A DNA stretch of 63,739 bases, counting the filler. It is 12 parts of 12 records of this genome, joined end to end, with 100 filler letters (N's around TTAATTAATTAA, not from the genome) between each part and the next. Parts side by side here need not be neighbours in the genome. Positions count along the whole stretch, not along the records: positions 10,310 to 15,798 come from SRR7504441_6348; positions 15,899 to 20,482 come from SRR7504441_6350; positions 20,583 to 27,852 come from SRR7504441_6351; 9 more parts are not named here. One strand, 5' to 3'. The notes below the pieces were generated by a model. That model did not search any database and was not told the origin of the DNA. It saw only the letters and a program-made list of their open reading frames with translations. Position 1 is the stretch's first letter; each line of letters opens with the position of its first letter. Made by a program: the position numbers and the translations under genes. This document shows positions 10,700 to 20,824 of the stretch, piece after piece.

Positions 10700-13600
10700 T
10701 CAAAATTGATCAAACGACATGAGTGGGTCCTCCTTGCCTCGCCTCTTACCTCTGCCCCTGCCTCTACCCCTGCCCCTGCCCCTGCCTCTGCGCTTCATCT
10801 TGCCGTGCTTGCTCTCGAGCAGCCCACTCAGCACTGGGTCACACAAGATGCATGCGTGCTTGTCCTCCATCTCAGGCGCCTGCTTTCTATTGAACGACAC
10901 CTGCAACCGGATCGCCCAACTGCACTGCCATCGCCTGACCTGCACCAGCCTGGCGTCGCAGCTGGCGCACTTGTCAGTGGTAGCCTCCAGCCTGTGCACT
11001 GCGCCTTTGTCCCCCACCCGCACCACCAGATTGCACGCGTTGCAGCAGAGCCGCCAAAGTGGGGCCGAGTTGGGGTCGACACACAGGATGCCCTTGTCGC
11101 ACTGGCTGCACTGGCAGACCGAGTGTGCCACCATCGAGTGCTTGCAGCTCGGGTGCGGGCAGGCGTTGCAGGCCATCACCTTGGGCCCCGCTCAGCTGGC
11201 ATACTAATACAGTGCAGCATGGCACAGTGTCACCTTGAGTCCGAGGTCCTCGAAAGGTGGGCAGCTCCAGCAGTACGGACAGAGCGTGTAGGACTGGCCG
11301 GTGGCCCCCTGCGTGAAGAGGAGCAGCTCGAAGTTGTCCAGCGGGCAGACTAGCTCCTTGAACAGCTTGATCATCCCGTTGGACGGCAGCGCGTACGTCT
11401 GGTCGCAGTGCGCGCAGTGCAGCCGGGGCGGCTTGCTGCTTATGTGCTTCATGTAGTGTGTGCACTTGCCGCATCGCGAGAGCGGCTTGCCGGACTGCTC
11501 GAGCGGACAGAACGATGCTCCAAACAGCTGGTCCATCAGCTCGATCTTGGCCTCAAAGTAGTCAAACTTGGCGGCGAACACCTCGAGCGTGTGCCCGACC
11601 ACCTTGCCAGAGTTTAGGGTTAGAGCTAGACCCCAGGCACCTGCCCAAACTCGGCCTTGTTGGCCGCGATAAGATCGAGCTGCTGCTCCACGTTGGCCCT
11701 CACCAGCGGCCGGACCAGCTCGGGGTCTATCGCCAGATACCTGCCCTCCGCTATGATGTAGCATAGCATAGTCTCACCCGTGTAGTACAGTATAGTATAG
11801 TAGCACAGTATAGTATAGTATAGTATAGAGCACTATGATACAGCATAGCATAGTCTCACCCGTGCACGAGCACGATCCCGAGCGGCTTGGGAACCATCCG
11901 CCGGCGCGGCCCGTGCGCCTCGGCGTATCCTCGCGCCACCACGTTGTTCACATGCGTCGGGATCGAGGCGTCCTGCCCAGCCCAATCAGCTGCCCCGCTA
12001 GAGCTCGCACCGTCCCGATCCCGTTCTTCTCCATCAGCCCGATCAGCTCGGCCTCGGACAGGTAGTCCGGCGGCGAGGTGCTCCCCTCGTGCAGCACTAT
12101 CCCATCCAGCTCCAGCCTGTCCCCAGCCGCCATCTCCGGGAGCGCTTGCTCGGTAGGCGCCAGCCAGGGCATCACCTACACCCGCTCGCCCGCCTCCGGG
12201 CTGCACGCACCGCCGTGAACCCTGGCTCGCTCACCCGGCAGCCGGTGCATCCGAACCGCTCCGGTCCGATCTCGAGCTTGAGTTCGGTCTGCTCTAGCCG
12301 GCACGGGCCGGACACGCTCCCAATAAAGTGCCTGCACACGTACTCGTACACCCGCCACTCGTCGCTCGACATCGAGTTCCAGGAGCCGAGTCGCATCGGT
12401 GTGATCGGCGGGTGGTCGCCCGCATCGTGCCCGCCCTTGGGCCGGCTCACCCCGTCGGCCAGCAGCTGCTCGACGTGCTCGGCCCAGATCGGCTGGCCGC
12501 TGAGCGCCCGGAGCGTGCCCTTGATGTCAAATGAGCTCGGATACGCGGAGCTCTCAGTTCGTGGGTAGCTGATGAACCTGCCCGGCCCAGCTGAGCCACC
12601 AACGGTCTAGAACGGCCACTGTACTTATCCTAGACTATATGAATAGCGTGCTATAGCATCACCCGGCGATGTAGAGCGACTCGGCCACCTGCATCAGCCG
12701 GTGCGCGCCCAGCCCGATCTGAGGCCCGGAGGCCGCCTTGAGCAACGTGACAGTGGCCAGCCCGGCCGGACGGCTCCGCTGCTTCTCGACTGTCTTGACC
12801 GACAGCACTGTGCCGTGCCCGGCGTCCTGGCAGAGCGCCTGGAAGAGCTCGGCCGCTGGTTTATCAAACAACTTTCCTCGCTCCCACTCGAGCTGGACCC
12901 CGGGCACCGACGGTCGGAGGGTCCACCAGGGCTCGGGCACGAACGACACTATCTGGTCGTGCCGGTCTACACAGAACCCGAGCGTGGGCGTCTGGCACGG
13001 GCCGTAGCTGATCAGCGAGGCATCCAGGTCGCCGTACTTGCCCTGGAAGTAACGGGTCTGGAACCTGACGGTCTGGCTCACAGTAGCCCAGTGCGCTGGA
13101 GCCACCGGGTGAAGGCCACCCCGACTTTGAGGTCGAGCTCCTGTCTTGCGTCCACCGCTAGCGCCTCGTACATGTCTGGCCAGCCCAGGCTGCCCATCGC
13201 CTTCTTAATGTCCTGCCGTCCCCGTTAGCATCCGTTAGGTTCCGTTGGTCGCCCTCCCACCTGCTCGCCGATCGCTGAGAATTTGGCCCTCCGTATCCGC
13301 TGCTTGACCGGTCGGGCGGAGCTCATCACCCCGTCCACGGTCTCGATCACTTCGAAGCAGATGTTCTCGCCCTCTCGGTCGCAGTCCAGCCAGAGCACCA
13401 GCACTTCGGCCCCCTTGGCCTCCCCGCGCAGGTGGGCCGCCACCCTCTGCTTGGGCTCGGCCTCCTTCTTGACAATCGGGGCCGCGAACAACTCGCTCGG
13501 CCGGTGCTTGTCCCAGTCGTTGTAGCTGCCCTCGAAGTCGGTGTTGAGCATGTGTCCGAGCACCTGGCCATCGCACTCGCTCAGGCTCGAGCTGCCCGGC

Positions 13601-13770
13601 ACCGCAGTCATCCGGAACTCGGCCGGCTGCCCCTCGTACCGGCCGGACCATTCATGCACAGGCGAGTGCCGGCAGCCGCCCAGACGGGTGCGCTGCCCGC
13701 CGTCGGCCAGGATCCGGGCGATTGCCAGCGCCAGGCTCGGCTTCTCGGCCACCATCAGCACCGTCGGCAT
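10700..13770 (-). CDS. TOP3B: DNA/RNA topoisomerase III beta, multi-exon
   Basis: [29 protein letters not shown] (TOPRIM), [61 protein letters not shown]-terminal zinc ribbons and RG-repeat tail. About 10 introns restore the frame. Confidence 0.96.
11751..11864. repeat. 32-nt direct repeat (30/32 identical) flanking a (TATAG)n-like tract in a TOP3B intron
   Basis: ctatgatgtagcatagcatagtctcacccgtg at 11751-11782 and ctatgatacagcatagcatagtctcacccgtg at 11833-11864. Confidence 0.9.
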
Positions 13771-14052
13771 ACCGCCCCAGATCTAACGGAAGCTGAAGTC
13801 ATGTGTGGTCTGTGTCCGTGGAGCCACGGAGCCATGACCAGTGGGTAACCAGTGGGTTGCTTTAATAATATTATGGATTGCTAACTAAATATTATGTAAA
13901 CCACGTTGTAGAAAGCTGTGATCATACTATCATCTATGGGCCATGCTAGGGCCATGCTGCATATCTGCGTTATGCTATCTGTCGTACCGCCTCTATCAGT
14001 TGATGTGCCAGAGTCGATTTAAGATCGACTGAGGCTGCTTCAGAATAATTAT

Positions 14053-15798
14053 CTAGAGCTTTGAGGCTGCCATCACTGGCCCGATCACATACTTCCGGCT
14101 CTCCTTGACTGCAAACGCCGAGTGGGCCACAGCCTTGAACATGTTGGAGACGTCCTTGCCCGAGTTCCGCAGCAGCACCGCCCGGCCGCCCGGGTGCGAG
14201 GCCACAAAGCTGGTCACGTCGTACACCTCGCCGTCGATCACGATCCAGCAGCTCTCCTCCGAGCTGTGCTGCTTTATCTCCTCCCAGCCCACCCCCCCGG
14301 CCGTCTCCTGCTGGTCGGCCAGCTGCTTGAGCTCGACCCGAACACCGTCGACCGCGTCCATGAAGCCAAAGATCTGAGTCGAGCTGGTCGTGTTGAACTC
14401 GGCCGGCGGCACCCCGGCCGGGGCGACCACCTCGTACTTGTGCACCAGATGGGCCACCACGGTGCTCGTGGCCAGCAGCGCCAAGTTCTTCCCGATGCAC
14501 CCATGCCCTCCGTACCCAAACGGGAAGAACCCCTCGCTGATGATCGCACGCAGCTTGAGCCCGGTCGGAGTCTCCTCCGCAAACCGCTCGGGTCTGAAGA
14601 CCTCCGGGTCGCCCCAGTGCTTCGGGTGGTTGTGCGCGCCGTAGATGTTCGCCATCACCGTCGTCCCCGCAGGGATCGTGAACCGCCCGAGTGGCGAGTC
14701 GCCCGCTGTGTGCCTCGGTGCCACAGAGGTGCTAGGCGGGTACCGGCGCAGGCACTCGTACAGGAAGCACTTGAGGTACTCGAGCTTGCTCGTCGCGGCG
14801 TAGTCGCCGGGAGCCCCGCCCGCCGCGCGCAGCTCTGCCCTCAGCTTGCGCTGGGCGTCCGGGTGCCGGGCGAGCATTTCGATTGCAATCGCGAGCAGCC
14901 TGGCCGAGTTGCCCACCCCGGCCAGGAACCCGACCAGGTTGGAGGTGCTCTCCAGCTCGGTCGGCGTGTGCCCTGCAGGGCAGCCCGCGCTCCGGTTGGC
15001 TCGGTTCGCACTGATCATATGCTGCAGCGCGCTCGGGCCGCGCGGCGGGCTCCCGGCCATGCTAATCTGGGACTCGCGTGTGAAGGTGTCGAGCAGGGTG
15101 TTCCTTGCTTTGTCGAACCTTTGTGCGGTCTCTGGTTTCTCATGCTCGCGCCACTTCTTGTTCATCGCCCTTGAGAGGAAGATCTCGTCCGCCTCCTTGA
15201 GTGCTGTCAGCTCAGGTGGGGGCTCACCCGCCTCGAGCGCGCCGTACGACCGGCCGAGGGCCACCACCCCCGACAGGTCTACAGAGGCTAGCTCGGCCCA
15301 GCGGCACACCTCGACTGGACCTTCCGAGCCGGCTAGCATGGCCACCAGCCTCGTGCACACAGCCGCGATGTGCGGGGCCATCGCCGCGTTGTGGCTCTCG
15401 GAGAAGAACCAGGAGGAGAGCATCCGCTTGTTGGCCGAGTGGTCCTCGCCGTCCAGCCCGATCTGCGCCCGCCCGAACAGCAGCTTGATAGACTCGACAG
15501 CATGCGGCGGCCGAGGGAACCGCTCCATTGCCTCGCCGCCCAGGATGGCCTTGATGTGCTCCGGGGCCCGAGTGACCACCAGCGGCACCGCCCCGAGCGG
15601 GAGCATGAACACGTCGCCATACTCTTCGTGCAGCGCCGTGTAAGTGTGGATGTCGCGCAGTGCAAGTTTCTTGGCAGCCGCCCGCCCGGGGCCTGGAGGG
15701 TACCCGCGGGCCATCAGCGCCTTGTTCAGGGCCAGGTCCCGGTCCGGCCCGGCCGGATCCAGCACGGCCAGGGTGGGCTGTCCTATCATGGCCTGCTT
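14053..15798 (-). CDS. Cytochrome P450 fused to C-terminal cytochrome b5 domain, PTS1 (-SKL); possibly 5' truncated
   Basis: ECLR (ExxR), PERF, FPFGYGGHGCIG heme motif. Then WEEIKQHSSEESCWIVIDGEVYDVTSFVASHPGG...HS (b5). Ends ASKL*. Frame is open to the contig edge; first ATG at 15789. Confidence 0.92.
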   Translation of the reverse strand, partial: KQAMIGQPTLAVLDPAGPDRDLALNKALMARGYPPGPGRAAAKKLALRDIHTYTALHEEYGDVFMLPLGAVPLVVTRAPEHIKAILGGEAMERFPRPPHAVESIKLLFGRAQIGLDGEDHSANKRMLSSWFFSESHNAAMAPHIAAVCTRLVAMLAGSEGPVEVCRWAELASVDLSGVVALGRSYGALEAGEPPPELTALKEADEIFLSRAMNKKWREHEKPETAQRFDKARNTLLDTFTRESQISMAGSPPRGPSALQHMISANRANRSAGCPAGHTPTELESTSNLVGFLAGVGNSARLLAIAIEMLARHPDAQRKLRAELRAAGGAPGDYAATSKLEYLKCFLYECLRRYPPSTSVAPRHTAGDSPLGRFTIPAGTTVMANIYGAHNHPKHWGDPEVFRPERFAEETPTGLKLRAIISEGFFPFGYGGHGCIGKNLALLATSTVVAHLVHKYEVVAPAGVPPAEFNTTSSTQIFGFMDAVDGVRVELKQLADQQETAGGVGWEEIKQHSSEESCWIVIDGEVYDVTSFVASHPGGRAVLLRNSGKDVSNMFKAVAHSAFAVKESRKYVIGPVMAASKL

Positions 15799-15898
15799 NN
15801 NNNNNNNNNNNNNNNNNNNNNNNNNNNNNNNNNNNNNNNNNNTTAATTAATTAANNNNNNNNNNNNNNNNNNNNNNNNNNNNNNNNNNNNNNNNNNNN
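15799..15898. other. Artificial contig linker
   Basis: N44-TTAATTAATTAA-N44. Confidence 0.98.
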
Positions 15899-15899
15899 C

Positions 15900-16010
15900 A
15901 ATCGCAACTTGATCGACGATGTTGCTGCTCAAAATGGATGGGCGCCGTATCGAACCGTGGTCTGCATTCTTATGTACTTCTTACAAGAGGACAATCTTGT
16001 CCTTCTGTGA
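15900..16010 (+). CDS. 3' fragment, possibly HhH-GPD DNA glycosylase (AlkA/MAG-like)
   Basis: NRNLIDDVAAQNGWAPYRTVVCILMYFLQEDNLVLL*. WxPYR[ST] is the C-terminal motif of that family. Confidence 0.4.
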   Translation, partial: NRNLIDDVAAQNGWAPYRTVVCILMYFLQEDNLVLL

Positions 16011-16271
16011 GCTAGAAGAGTTGGACAGCGTTCCGTGAGGGTGAAATCTGGCGGCACTTGCAGCTAACTGCTTTGACTCGGATTCAATATTTACAACGAT
16101 TATTGAGCACTGCTGGTACTGTACTAACCCTAAGGTAGACGCGGCTTATTACAAATGTTACAATAGCCATAAGCCAGACCACTCGTACAATCATGTTACA
16201 GTAGCTAAATGATCTTTTCGTTGATGGATCTATACCCCATGCATAGAATCACATCAAATCTGATGCTGATC

Positions 16272-19200
16272 TCACTCATCAAAGCCTAGCACAGCGGTAG
16301 AGCCGTACGTCGCTGCAACGGCCAGCACCGAATCTTTGGCTGCGTCTGTTGAGACAGGGATCTCGAGGGTAGCGCTTGCAAGCCCGTCCGCCACAGCCTT
16401 GAGCACGATGGCGCCTCCGTGCGCTTGTCCAGGCGGGACCAGAACTTGGTTCTCCACGTCCACTTGCATCATCCGGGCGCGCAGCGGCGAGGTGGCATCT
16501 TGTGTTACCTGCACCGCAGCACGTACCAGCCCGTGGTAGGCGCTGTGATAGGGCCGTTGGTTGGGCTCATGGCTCTTTGGGTCGCCATTGTGAGCTCCCA
16601 CGATCCGGCCCGGACCCGATACCACCGAGAAGGAGACATTGGCCGAGGCGCTCTGGCACTGGTTCCCATCGCCATCCACGATTGTGGCTCGGACCAGGGC
16701 GGTATCCAGCCCGTCCAGCAGAAGCGCAGAGCCAGTCCCAGTGAGCGGGCTCGGGCAGTCAAGTGACAGCCTGAGACTCTTGGGCGTGCCCGAGGTGAAC
16801 ACGGAGTGCTGTGCGACGGACTTGCCACCCATGAGCGCGTGTGCGGTGAGGTTGCCCGGCGCATACTCAACAGAGTCCCATTCGGCCCAGCTGCTCCCTC
16901 CGAGCGTGCCTTTGCGGACAGGCTTGGCGCCGAGGGAGACGCCGTTTACTTGCAGCTCGACCGAAGGGGCATCAGAGTAGGCATGCACTGTTCGGCTCGT
17001 GCCTTCTGTCTCTGGCGTGTCACTTAGGCATGTGGTGGAATCCAGTTGAATGGACTCATGCTCGACAACCCAGCGCTGGTCGCTGTTGTTCACACACCGC
17101 CACAGCCCAACCTTCGGTCCAGCTCCACCAAACAGGTCGAGGCAGAGCCCTGAGGCCGGAACGCTGGCAAGGCCGGCCCCAGGGAGCGCCCGGAACATGA
17201 TACTGCCCGGATTGGCGGCGCACGGGATAAAATCGAGTGGGTAGCATCCGTTGGAGTGATCGCTGCAGCTCGCATTGACACAGAGTCCATCGTGGTTGAT
17301 AATGGAGCCTGGGGAGCCATCGGGAGCACCAGTGAAGCGCATCTGCTGTCGCACGTTGCCTGTCTCGCACTGGGCACCAAATGTCTGGTTGGTCGAGCTC
17401 AGGCTCCCGTGGTACGATTCCCACGACTCCACGATGTGCACCATGTGTGCCTGCTCTCCCAGGGCTTCGGTCTTGAACGTCTTGTCCGAGTTTGTGTCTG
17501 AAATCCCGTACAGCCACTGGCTCCTGAACCAAAAGGCTGCAGCTTTGGGGAAGCCGGCGAGGTCGAACGAGCCGAAAGTTGAGCTCACGTATGGCCATCC
17601 GTTGTTGGACGGCTCACCATAGTAGTCGAAAAGCTGAACACATTCAGTCAAAAAGGCAGACTACTATGGACCGCGCGTACCGTCCAGACCATGGTTCCAA
17701 TAGCGTATGGCACGCCATCGGATGCGTTGGTCTGAGATTGTTGGCAATCTGCATTGAACGCCTGCTGAAGCCCTTGGCCGCTGTTCCGATCTTCGCCTCG
17801 CATGGTGTTGCAGCTGCAGCACTCGGACATGAATATTGGCTTGTTCGGCATTGCCGCGTGGCACTGGTCGACGGTCTGGCGGGGGCGGTGGGAGAAGCCT
17901 TGCACGTCGATTGTCTTGGACAGTAAGTCGTTGAACCTGAGCACCCATCCCCGGTCAGAGCACACCCCAGCGCTGCAATTACGAAAACATGTTGGCAAGC
18001 GTCGGCCTTGAGCCGTCCAGCTCGTATGTCGCCTTCTGGAACCGTGGGCCGCCCAGTTCGGCGTCGCCCTCGCATCCGGCTTCGTTGCAGAAGCTCCAAA
18101 TAGTAACGCTCGGGTGGTTTCGGTCCCTCGCAACGAGGTCCCTCATGTCCTGCTCGTATGTGCTGCTGTTGCCCAGGTTCCGGTTCTCGTCCATCACAGC
18201 GATCCCGACCCGGTCGTAGATGTCGAGCATCACCGGGTCGGGTGGGTTGTGACTCGTCCGTCTGCCGTTGCCTCCAACTGATCTCGAGGCCTGGGCCCGG
18301 AACAGCTTGATCCTGTCAGGCACCGCCATCCCGAGTGATGCGAAGTCGTTGTGATCGCAGAACCCTCGGATCTTTGTCGGCTGGTCGTTCAGGTAAAATC
18401 CGGTGTTGGCCTCGTACCTGAGCGATCTAAAGCCTGTGGTCACGTTGAGCTGGTCCAGTTGTCCATCAGCTGCCTCCACTGAGACTGAGACCGTGTACAG
18501 TGCTGGCGACTGTATCTGCCAGAGCTTGACGCTGCCTGCGGGTCGAATGTCTCCAGAGACTTCGAATTGACCTGCCGCAGGGATAGAGGTCTCGATTGGC
18601 ACCGTTGTGGCCCCGACAGTGAGCCCGTTAGGATCAATCAGCGTGAACTGTGCTCGCAGCCCATGCGCGGCGGCTGAACTGCCAGTGTTGGCCACCACCG
18701 CTGACGCGTGCAGCACTGCTCCCTGGCTGACAAGCGCCCCGGCGGAGCTGTCCAACGACCCAAGATCTGCGTGCGTGAAGACGCTGTCCGGCTTGAGGTG
18801 CACGTGGCTGGTTGCCACGATCCTCACGTGCCGGTAAATCCCGCCGCCTTCGTACCACCAGCCGTTCCTGTTCTTGTCTGGGTCCACAAACACCGCCAGC
18901 GTGTTCTCTCTCCCGCCAAACTGGAGCCCGGCCCCGTCCAGCCGCACCGTGAACGAGGTGTACCCCGAGCCGTGAGCGCTGATGTTCCGGCCATTCAGAA
19001 AGATCTCCGCCAGGTTGAACACCCCTTCGAAATAGAGCCATACCGCCCGGCCCTGCCAGTCGGATGGAGCGGTGAACCGCTTCCGGTACCACGCGCTGTA
19101 CCGCGGGATGTAGGACCGGCCTGAGCAGCCAGTGGAACAATGCTCCAAACTAGGTGCGTTGTCAATTAGCGAGTCGTGCGGGGTGTTGATCAGTTGCCAG

Positions 19201-19619
19201 CTCGAGTCGTCGAACCCGGGCTGCACCTGGGGGGACTTGTCGGAGGGCATGACCGGGCCCTCGGGCGCGAGCCTCACTGCGCCTTGCCAGGCCGGGTTGG
19301 GCTCCAAGCTCCCGATGCAACCGCCGGCCCAGCAGCCGCCGTTCTGGCTCGCGTTGCTCCACTGCCAGACACTGCACGTGTCATCGTCGCAGCAGGCTGT
19401 TTGACAGGCCGTGGGGCTCCGATCGCCGCCGCCCACGCGCTGCAGTCCGTCGCACTGGAAGCCGTCCTTGGGCGTGAAGGCGTACTTGCCGGAGCAGCCC
19501 ACATGCCGGCCGTCGTCCCCTATCCGGCTGAACCGCCAGCCAAAGTCGAACGCAAGCTCTTCGCGCGCAGGGGAGGCGGCCTGTGCGGCCGTCGCCAGCA
19601 GAAGTAGCCCCAAACGCAT
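16272..19619 (-). CDS. Secreted glycoside hydrolase family 2 (beta-galactosidase-like) with PAN/apple-like and ricin-B inserts
   Basis: Signal peptide; FDFGWRF, WYRKRF, LYFEGV, WWYEGGGIYRHV, RTSHNPP, RDRNHPSVTIWSFCNE, MSE, WTLFDYYGEP, GSFDLAGFPK. Two GT-AG introns near 17635-17680 and 17937-17982. Confidence 0.92.
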
Positions 19620-19668
19620 CGAGGCCGATGGCGTTGCCGTTGCTCAACGAACTGACTCGTGCAGGCTG

Positions 19669-20481
19669 ATGGAGGAGGGCACTGCTTCCGGTGCGGACCA
19701 CCGCGCGGCGGCGACGCTCCGGTTTCCGGCCGAGCGGATCCGGCTGCGGGAGGCGGCGCTGGCCTGCCTGCAGCTGGACAGCCCCAGCCAGCTCGCGGCG
19801 CTGCCGCCCGACCCGAAGGGCGGCACCCGGGGCGGGAACAGGGGAGCCTCCACACGCTGGATCCGGCGGTGGCAGCAGCGGAGCCCGGCAGCCGACGCGG
19901 AGTTCGAGGCGGCATACCTAGAGCTGCTTCGGCAGGTGGTGCTGCCGACCGTAGGGGACTCGGAGGGCATTCTATACCAGCGGCAGCCGACCTTTCGTTG
20001 CCACGTGCCCGGGAGCTGCAACGGCAAGGCGCACACCGACGCCGAGTACGGGCACTCTGCGGCTGAGCTCAACTACTGGCTGCCGCTCACCCCGGTGTGG
20101 GACTCCAACTCGCTGTATGTGGAAAGCGAGCCCGGCCGGGCCGACTACCAGCCCTGGCGGCTAGAGTACGGGGAGCTCGGTAGGTTCTGGGGGAGCCAGT
20201 GCCGGCACTTCACGGTGCCCAACACCACCGGCTGCTCGCGGGTCTCTTTCGACTTTCGAGTGATGCCGCGACGGTGCTACTCGAGTGAGCGGCCGGGCAA
20301 GTTTAAGCTGGGTGGGTTCTTTGGCTGGATGGGACCCGACGGGAACGAAGCTTGCGAGCAGATCCGGAGCCGGCGGGCGGAGCAAGCCGCGGCGAGGGCA
20401 GAGTCAGGTGATCAGTCGCCGGATGTAGACGCGAGCCGCGACCTAGCGCGACTGCAGTTGGAGCTCGATACTCAGTTATGA
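19669..20481 (+). CDS. StrG-like / PhyH-type Fe(II)-2OG oxygenase-fold protein
   Basis: YQRQPTFRCHVPG, HTDAEYGH (HxD), ELNYWLPLT, NSLYVESEPG, CRHFTVPNTTGCSRVSFDFRV (distal H and RxS). Start uncertain: 19669, or 19628 with a 32-nt intron. Confidence 0.7.
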   Translation: MEEGTASGADHRAAATLRFPAERIRLREAALACLQLDSPSQLAALPPDPKGGTRGGNRGASTRWIRRWQQRSPAADAEFEAAYLELLRQVVLPTVGDSEGILYQRQPTFRCHVPGSCNGKAHTDAEYGHSAAELNYWLPLTPVWDSNSLYVESEPGRADYQPWRLEYGELGRFWGSQCRHFTVPNTTGCSRVSFDFRVMPRRCYSSERPGKFKLGGFFGWMGPDGNEACEQIRSRRAEQAAARAESGDQSPDVDASRDLARLQLELDTQL

Positions 20482-20482
20482 C

Positions 20483-20582
20483 NNNNNNNNNNNNNNNNNN
20501 NNNNNNNNNNNNNNNNNNNNNNNNNNTTAATTAATTAANNNNNNNNNNNNNNNNNNNNNNNNNNNNNNNNNNNNNNNNNNNN
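20483..20582. other. Artificial contig linker
   Basis: N44-TTAATTAATTAA-N44. Confidence 0.98.
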
Positions 20583-20824
20583 TGCATCCGGGCTGTGTGC
20601 TAGCTACATGTAAGTCGTTGATAGCGTCTAGTTCGCGCCACGGTGTTAATAACTACCGCACCCCCATCCCTCCGCCTCTCCTTCGGTCTCTGCACTGTGC
20701 AGCCGTCCGCCTGATGAGGGGTGACGGGTGGGCTTTCGTTAGATCGTGAACGGCCGCGGCCAGACATCCGTGAGACGCCAGCCAGGGACGGAGCGGGACG
20801 GGATCCTCGGGGCGGTCGGGATCA

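Noticed and set aside
10730-10795. (CCCCTG)n microsatellite
   Set aside because: It encodes the RG-repeat tail expected in TOP3B.
10700-13770. Frameshifted pseudogenes, recoding or an alternative genetic code explaining fragmented ORFs
   Set aside because: The breaks I traced in conserved genes are resolved by short GT/GC-AG introns, and TAA, TAG and TGA all end genes normally.
14053-20481. P450-b5, GH2 and oxygenase as a metabolic gene cluster
   Set aside because: The linker at 15799-15898 separates the P450 from the others, so the adjacency is artificial.
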